Below are positions 6,329-11,112 of a stretch of 11,112 bases of DNA, one piece after another (position 1 is the first letter of the stretch; the number at the start of each line of letters is the position of its first letter). The stretch comes from Gemmatimonadota bacterium (GTDB lineage: Bacteria; Gemmatimonadota; Gemmatimonadetes; Gemmatimonadales; GWC2-71-9). The DNA is taken from contig JAZDCZ010000286.1 of the NCBI GenBank assembly GCA_036679605.1, positions 1 to 11,112 of the forward strand, given 5' to 3'. A program made the position numbers and the translations under genes. The notes beneath the pieces are model-generated. The model made no database searches, was not told where the DNA came from, and saw nothing but the letters and a program-made list of their open reading frames with translations.

Positions 6329-8242
6329 CTACTCATGGGCTCTTCTTCCTTGTTCCTTTGTTGCGCCGCTGGTGCGGGCCAGCGGGGGTTTGCCGGGCTC
6401 GGGTACCACCGGACTATTGGTGGCAAACTGGAGAGCGTGGTTGCCTTGGGTGACAACGACGTCCCCAGGCAAGATGCCGTCACGAACCTCTACGTAGCGC
6501 GCATCTCGTCTACCGAGCTGGACGCGCTTGCGAGTGAAAAAGTCACCGCTTCGCACAAAGACGAATGCTTCGCCGCCCTCTGGGGCCGCAACCGCGGAGC
6601 GTGGTATAGCGACTAGCTCATCGTCGCTCTTGCCGATGATAATGTAGACTTCCACGCGCATGTTTGGTCGGAGCTTTCCCTGCGGTGCATCAACAAGGAT
6701 GTAAGCCGGTAGTGTGCGCGTGTTCTCGTCCACTTCACCCCCGAGATACGCCAGGCTTCCTGAGAAGGACTGGTCCGGATAGGCCGCCGAGTAGATATTG
6801 ACCGCCTGCCCAGGAGTAAGTGTCGGAACCTGGGGTTCGGGAACGTGGCACTTGACCAAGAGCCGGTCCAGCCGCGCGATCGTAAAGAGCGACTTGTCGG
6901 CGGAGACAGGCTCACCGAAGAACACATGCCGTTTGGTGACAACACCATCGAGCGTGGCTCGGATGTCTACTGTCGGGGGCGGTTCGCCGACTTGACGGGT
7001 CTCGATCTCGGCCAAGAGTTGGCCCCGCTCTACGATCTCGCCTTCCAGGACGTGAACACCGGTCACACGGCCGGCGATTCGAGTGCTTGAGTGGTGCAGA
7101 TTCGCGGGCAACGGCTCTACCATCCCAAAGCACTGGGTCGAGCGGTGAAGTAGGCGAAAATCCGCCGTCTCGACCTCGACACCGAGGTTACGCTGCGCGA
7201 GTTCGCTCAAGCGTACGCCGAGAACTGGATCGGTCTCACCGTCCTCGGCTTGTGAGTCCGTGGAGATGTCCTGCGTACCGGATGTATTCCGCGACCGTTT
7301 CTCCGCGTTTGCGGATGCAGCAAACTGGATCTGGTAGGCACCGCGGGTCACCACTCGGTCTCCGGGGACGAGACCGTCGGTTATCTCGACGTAAGCTTCG
7401 CCGCGACGTCCGACCCCCACAGGCACGCCGACGTAGTACGCACCTTTATCGAGAAACACGAACAGGTTTCCGCTTGCGCCCAGGATCGCATCGCTCGGAA
7501 CGACAACCACGTCGACCGCGCGACCGGTTATCAAGTCCACGCGCGCTCGCATGCCCGGGCGAAGAAGCCGTGCCGTGTTTTCTACCTTAATCCAAACGGG
7601 CAGTGTGCGCGTTGTCTCATCAAGAGCGCCGCCGATGAGAACAATCGGGCCATCGAACTTCCAGTCTCCGGCTGCTTCGGGAAAGATGCGCGCAGTCTGG
7701 CCAGCTCTTACCAAACCGGCATCGATTTCGAATAAGTTACATTTGACGTATAGCGTAGAGAGGTCGGAGATGCGATAAAGAACCGAATCCGGCTCTACCG
7801 GCTGGCCAACAGAAACGTTCCTTTCGGTCACCGTTCCGTCGATGCGCGAGGTTAGCGGCACCACCACGGGGCTAGCGGCCACATGGCGACTTTCAATCTC
7901 GACGAGTACATCGCCAACTTTCACGTGCTGACCGCTGTCGAAGTTGACCTTCGTTGCACGGCCTGGAAACCGAGGGCTTGCCCAATAGACCCGTCCTGGC
8001 ATCGGCTCCACGCTGCCATAACAGGTGACCGTGTCTTCGATCGTGCCCAGGTCCGCCTCTTCGCTCTCAATGCCGAGGATGAGTTTGGCCTCGTCGCTGA
8101 GCGTGATTGGTCCGAGGCTACCTACCGTCGCCGCAGGCGTTCCATGCTGCTCCCCTTCGTGGGCGCGTGAGCTTGGCACGGCGAGAAGGAGCAGCACCAT
8201 CCCAAGCCCTGCCGTCGGCCATCTGAGTTCCGCTCGCTTCAT
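6329..8242 (-). CDS. czcB: RND periplasmic adaptor (CzcB/CusB-like MFP) made of two tandem MFP modules
   Basis: Signal peptide ending SRA|HEGEQH. Two copies of G.VEP...GR...G..V..G..L.EIE...DG.V...LDE.TRTLP...LRP.MR...GRR...YVE..DG..PGD.VVT.G...QFA (aa ~46-308 and ~343-607). ATGA overlap with the TolC-family gene. The symbol is family-level. Confidence 0.93.
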   Translation of the reverse strand: MKRAELRWPTAGLGMVLLLLAVPSSRAHEGEQHGTPAATVGSLGPITLSDEAKLILGIESEEADLGTIEDTVTCYGSVEPMPGRVYWASPRFPGRATKVNFDSGQHVKVGDVLVEIESRHVAASPVVVPLTSRIDGTVTERNVSVGQPVEPDSVLYRISDLSTLYVKCNLFEIDAGLVRAGQTARIFPEAAGDWKFDGPIVLIGGALDETTRTLPVWIKVENTARLLRPGMRARVDLITGRAVDVVVVPSDAILGASGNLFVFLDKGAYYVGVPVGVGRRGEAYVEITDGLVPGDRVVTRGAYQIQFAASANAEKRSRNTSGTQDISTDSQAEDGETDPVLGVRLSELAQRNLGVEVETADFRLLHRSTQCFGMVEPLPANLHHSSTRIAGRVTGVHVLEGEIVERGQLLAEIETRQVGEPPPTVDIRATLDGVVTKRHVFFGEPVSADKSLFTIARLDRLLVKCHVPEPQVPTLTPGQAVNIYSAAYPDQSFSGSLAYLGGEVDENTRTLPAYILVDAPQGKLRPNMRVEVYIIIGKSDDELVAIPRSAVAAPEGGEAFVFVRSGDFFTRKRVQLGRRDARYVEVRDGILPGDVVVTQGNHALQFATNSPVVPEPGKPPLARTSGATKEQGRRAHE

Positions 8243-9573
8243 GGCTGCACCTCACTGACTTTAGCGAGAACGTCTTCGAGCGGGGCGTCTACCGCGCCTT
8301 CGAGATCGGACAGGGCCTGGTAGTAAGCCTCTAGCGCATCGAGCCGTGCATTCTCCGCAGCGAAGCGCTGTTGTTGGGTCTGAATGAGCTGAACTGCACT
8401 GATGAGCCCCTCCTCATAGGCTTGCTCAGCTAGGCGTTGGCCCTTCGTAGCCGCCTCTATGCCTCGCTGCAGCCCCCGAATCGCCACGAGCTGCTTGGTC
8501 GCGCGTTGATGTGCGTCTCGCACCTCTCGGTCTATATCTACGAGTGCAGACTCGCGCTGAGCTTCCGCCGTGCGTTCTCGTGCTGCGGCAGCCGCGATCT
8601 CGCCTTCATTGCGGTACAAGAGCGGCAATGGGATTCTGATCTGAAGACCTACAAAGTCGTTGCTGTCGGCAATGACGATTGGATTGTCGAAGCGGCTGCG
8701 CTCTCTCCGGTAACGGATACCTACCGTGGGGTCCGCCCAGCGCTCGGCGGTGCGAAGCGTTTTTTCAAGCTCGGCTGCCGCCGCTTCGCTCTGGAGGGCC
8801 TTAAGATCGGGCCGCTTGCGGGCTGCCTCTAGAAGCGGTACCAGTGGAAACGCTGCCTGACGGCCAGCGATCTCGGGCGAGAGGGTTAACCCGTCGGCGT
8901 GGGGCACGTTTAGCAGGCGACTGAGCTCGATTAGCGCCGAGTCGCGGTCTGCCCCCGAGCGCTCTGCCTCCTGGCGGCGCTGGGCGAGCTCGACGTCGAA
9001 CTGGTGCACATCCAGCTCTGAAACTTCACCGCGACCGAAACGCGCTCGGGCGACTCTCAACAGACGCTCGTTTAGAGCGGCTAAGTTTTGCGACAGCCGG
9101 ACTCGGCGGTCGATCACCTGGGCGCGGCGATAGGTTGCCCTGACCTGCGAAACAATACGCCTCGCAAGATCCTCAATGGACCAAGAGTCCCGCTCGAGCT
9201 CCTTGTTGGCAAGAGCGACGCGTTTGGAGACCTTGCCCAGAATCGGCACTTCCTGCTCCAGCCCAACGCCGTAGTCGTACTCTTTCGCGTCGGGGATCGA
9301 TGGCGCGCCCTCGACCGACAGTTCCGGGTTTGGGTAGGCGCGAGCAGCGCGCACTTTCGCACGCGCTATATCGAGGCTGGCGCGGGCGGCCCCAAGCTCG
9401 GCGTTTCTTGAGAGCGCCATCTCGATAGCCTCATCGAGCGCGAGTCCAGCGGGTGCTGGGTTATCATCGGCCCGAGCCAACCCCAGGGGGGCTGTCAGGC
9501 ACGCTAAAGCGAGAACAACTGTCAGGGCTGTGGTCGACTGCCGGTCTGAACTCCAGAGATGTATATTCCACAT
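8239..9573 (-). CDS. czcC: TolC-family outer membrane efflux protein (CzcC-like)
   Basis: Signal peptide ending ARA. Motifs LALDEAIEMALSRNAEL, YPNPEL, ARFGRGEVSELD, RPDL, IPLPLLYRNEGEI and AYEEGLIS form two OEP repeats. It lies directly upstream of the MFP and RND genes. Confidence 0.94.
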   Translation of the reverse strand: MWNIHLWSSDRQSTTALTVVLALACLTAPLGLARADDNPAPAGLALDEAIEMALSRNAELGAARASLDIARAKVRAARAYPNPELSVEGAPSIPDAKEYDYGVGLEQEVPILGKVSKRVALANKELERDSWSIEDLARRIVSQVRATYRRAQVIDRRVRLSQNLAALNERLLRVARARFGRGEVSELDVHQFDVELAQRRQEAERSGADRDSALIELSRLLNVPHADGLTLSPEIAGRQAAFPLVPLLEAARKRPDLKALQSEAAAAELEKTLRTAERWADPTVGIRYRRERSRFDNPIVIADSNDFVGLQIRIPLPLLYRNEGEIAAAAARERTAEAQRESALVDIDREVRDAHQRATKQLVAIRGLQRGIEAATKGQRLAEQAYEEGLISAVQLIQTQQQRFAAENARLDALEAYYQALSDLEGAVDAPLEDVLAKVSEVQP

Positions 9574-9750
9574 GAGATCTTCTTACCTATCCGTCTTTGT
9601 AAACACCGTTTGTCTTCACGTCCATGCGATACCGAGAGTCCGTCGGTTATACATCTCAGCACGCAACGCGATTAGCGCGATCTGTTCTCGTGCGGACAAA
9701 GCTATGCCGCACACGAGGCTCGGCTGGTCGCTACTAAAGAAGGGGCGTGG

Positions 9751-10191
9751 TCAGATCAGCAGAGAAGAGTTCGTAAGAAAGAGTTTTTCAGACTGAAGAG
9801 GCGGGGTGTAAGACAGGAAACACAGCCGCGTAGCGGCGAGACTGGAGGCGACGAACGATGAACTGGTTGACCAGAAGCCGGTTTGAGGGGCTAGCTTAAC
9901 CGGAGGACCGGTCTCATCCAGCCGAAACTCCTGAACCGAGGCGAGCACGGAACCGTTGCTACAGCAGGAATTCGTATCGTCTCTAGACTCCGGCGTGGGG
10001 GTCCCGTGGTGCTGGTGGTCATGCCGATGAGCGGTCCCATGCACGGCGTGAGTTAGGTCGGATGGCTTAGCTGCCGAGGCTTGCTCGATCAGGGAGCACT
10101 GCAGCGCCGGGGTCGCAAGCGCGGCGAGGAGCGACACGGCAAGCGTCGCGCGGGTCCTAAACCGTCTAAGCTGTGATGGTGCACATCTCAT
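9751..10191 (-). CDS. Small exported His/Cys-rich protein upstream of the efflux operon (CzcI / DUF2946 / HYC_CC_PP-like leader-type protein)
   Basis: Basic N-region plus a hydrophobic segment, then LQC, HAVHGTAHRHDHQHH, SCC, and C-terminal YTPP...LFLTNSSLLI*. This layout is typical of first genes of metal-transport operons. The exact start codon is uncertain. Confidence 0.75.
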   Translation of the reverse strand: MRCAPSQLRRFRTRATLAVSLLAALATPALQCSLIEQASAAKPSDLTHAVHGTAHRHDHQHHGTPTPESRDDTNSCCSNGSVLASVQEFRLDETGPPVKLAPQTGFWSTSSSFVASSLAATRLCFLSYTPPLQSEKLFLTNSSLLI

Positions 10192-10354
10192 CCAACTCTC
10201 ATTATCTCATACTTTGTGGTTATGGGTGACAGTACCCGCCGACAACACGGCGGTTCTACGAAGACAAAGTGTGGACCCGAGTTTGCCGATGACTGAAATG
10301 TGGTGGATGAAGTCGCGAGCGAACCCGTCTCTCACGGCTCGCTCCCGAATAAAA

Positions 10355-10375
10355 TAACAGGGAACTAACAGGGAA
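10355..10375 (+). repeat. Tandem direct repeat TAACAGGGAA x2 (11-bp period)
   Basis: TAACAGGGAA at 10355-10364 and again at 10366-10375. Confidence 0.85.
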
Positions 10376-10402
10376 GCACTACCGCCGTCAATCGAAATCG
10401 TC

Positions 10403-10431
10403 TTGCGGAAATACAGTATTACTGTCATAGT
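10403..10431 (+). promoter_or_regulatory. Putative sigma70 promoter of the TA operon with a palindromic operator in the spacer
   Basis: TTGCGG (10403-10408), a 17-nt spacer, then CATAGT (10426-10431). The spacer contains the palindrome ACAGTA-T-TACTGT (10413-10425). The ATG follows 7 nt after the -10 element. Confidence 0.65.
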
Positions 10432-10438
10432 GGTTCCC

Positions 10439-10669
10439 ATGCGAGATAAGGTCACGATCAACGAACGGGGTGTGATTACGATACCTGCAGCCGTCCGTCG
10501 GGCCTGTGGGCTCAAGGCGAACGACGAGCTGATACTCGAGAACACGGAGGAGGGCATCCTTCTACGTCCGGCGATCAGCGTGCCGATTGAGGTCTACACC
10601 GAAGAGCGCATCCGCGAGTTCGCAAGTGACGAAGAGGCTATCAGCGAGCATCTGCCGAAGCCCGAGTAG
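10439..10669 (+). CDS. vapB: AbrB/MazE/SpoVT-family DNA-binding antitoxin (VapB-like)
   Basis: MRDKVTINERGVITIPAAVRRACGLKANDELILENTEEGILLRP is a swapped-hairpin signature, followed by an acidic tail. ATG 10439 is preferred over TTG 10403, which coincides with the -35 box. Confidence 0.9.
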   Translation: MRDKVTINERGVITIPAAVRRACGLKANDELILENTEEGILLRPAISVPIEVYTEERIREFASDEEAISEHLPKPE

Positions 10670-10678
10670 GGATACCGC

Positions 10679-11077
10679 ATGCGGGTGTTCCTGGATGCCA
10701 ACGTTCTGTTTTCAGCGAGCAGGGTCGGGAGCAGCATCGCGAGGCTGATCGCTTGGCTGATAGAGCGAGAGATAGCAGTCACTAGTGATCTCGCGGTCGA
10801 AGAAGCGCGACGCAACCTTACTCTGAAACGCGAGGACTGGCTGCCTGTCTTCGAGGAACTTCTCGGAGACTTGGTAGTCGTGCCATCGGCATTGTTCGAT
10901 CTTCCCGTCCCGCTTGATACCAAGGACGCCCCACTGTTATGTGCAGCGATTCGAAGCCGGTGCAGTTTGTTTGTCACCGGCGACAAGCGCGACTTCGGTC
11001 ACCTCTACGGCCATACGGTACAGGGGGTCGAAGTGATCTCGTTGCTCCGCTTGGCTGAAATGGTACTGCCAAGTTGA
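10679..11077 (+). CDS. vapC: PIN-domain ribonuclease toxin (VapC-like)
   Basis: MRVFLDANVLFSA, EEARRNL, KDAPLL and FVTGDKRDF supply the PIN acidic residues. It begins 9 nt after the antitoxin stop. Confidence 0.92.
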   Translation: MRVFLDANVLFSASRVGSSIARLIAWLIEREIAVTSDLAVEEARRNLTLKREDWLPVFEELLGDLVVVPSALFDLPVPLDTKDAPLLCAAIRSRCSLFVTGDKRDFGHLYGHTVQGVEVISLLRLAEMVLPS

Positions 11078-11102
11078 GGTGCGGTGCGCAAGCCACCGCA
11101 CC
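11078..11102 (+). terminator. GC-rich stem-loop right after the toxin gene; possible terminator or RNA-stabilising hairpin
   Basis: GGTGCGGTG (11078-11086) and CACCGCACC (11094-11102) form a perfect 9-bp stem with a 7-nt loop. The U-tract is weak (ATACTT). Confidence 0.5.
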
Positions 11103-11112
11103 ATACTTCGAT

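Noticed and set aside
6271..6336. Short ORF MSRVFGIPPVKRRAAGRATSC bridging the MFP and pump genes
   Set aside because: It has no motif, and the pump has its own GGAGG RBS, so this is likely chance.
9556..9565. GAGATGTATA as a Tn5 mosaic end or library adapter
   Set aside because: It does not match AGATGTGTATAAGAGACAG and lies within an intact reading frame.
3003..9796. Numerous plus-strand and alternate-frame ORFs within the efflux operon
   Set aside because: They are shadow ORFs expected in GC-rich coding DNA and overlap well-supported genes.
10201..10232. Sigma70 promoter for the efflux operon (minus-strand TGaGATAAT)
   Set aside because: The -10 is imperfect and there is no -35 at suitable spacing, so it is too weak to call.
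10301..10375. A functional tRNA or tmRNA gene, or a CRISPR array
   Set aside because: There is no cloverleaf or paired T-stem, and the repeat has only two adjacent 10-bp copies with no spacers.
10207..10986. Minus-strand ORFs 10207..10557 and 10594..10986
   Set aside because: They are antisense to the clear antitoxin and PIN genes and their promoter.

Overview
GC-rich bacterial accessory region with three parts. (1) 1-2290: the end of a plus-strand metabolic cluster. It holds the C-terminus of a probable 2-hydroxyacyl-CoA dehydratase-fold protein and an intact radical SAM enzyme. These are followed by two decayed genes, each with an in-frame stop (a RhaD-like class II aldolase and a haloalkane dehalogenase/OleB-like hydrolase), and a transposase remnant where the hydrolase breaks off. 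(2) 2338-10191: a minus-strand heavy-metal RND efflux operon. In order it encodes a His/Cys-Cys/Pro-Pro leader-type protein, a TolC/CzcC-like channel, an unusual 637-aa periplasmic adaptor, a CzcA/CusA-family pump, a possible 39-aa coupled ORF and an exported His-rich helical protein. The adaptor consists of two tandem MFP modules, both lacking the alpha-helical hairpin, and the pump has His where CusA has its Met ligands. (3) 10300-11102: a tRNA/tmRNA-3'-end-like remnant with a TAACAGGGAA direct repeat, then an apparently leaderless AbrB/MazE-PIN (VapBC-like) toxin-antitoxin pair and a hairpin. The most unusual elements are the double hairpin-less adaptor and a possible metal-sensing leader peptide plus RNA-structure control. 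All family assignments come from motif recognition by eye, not database searches.
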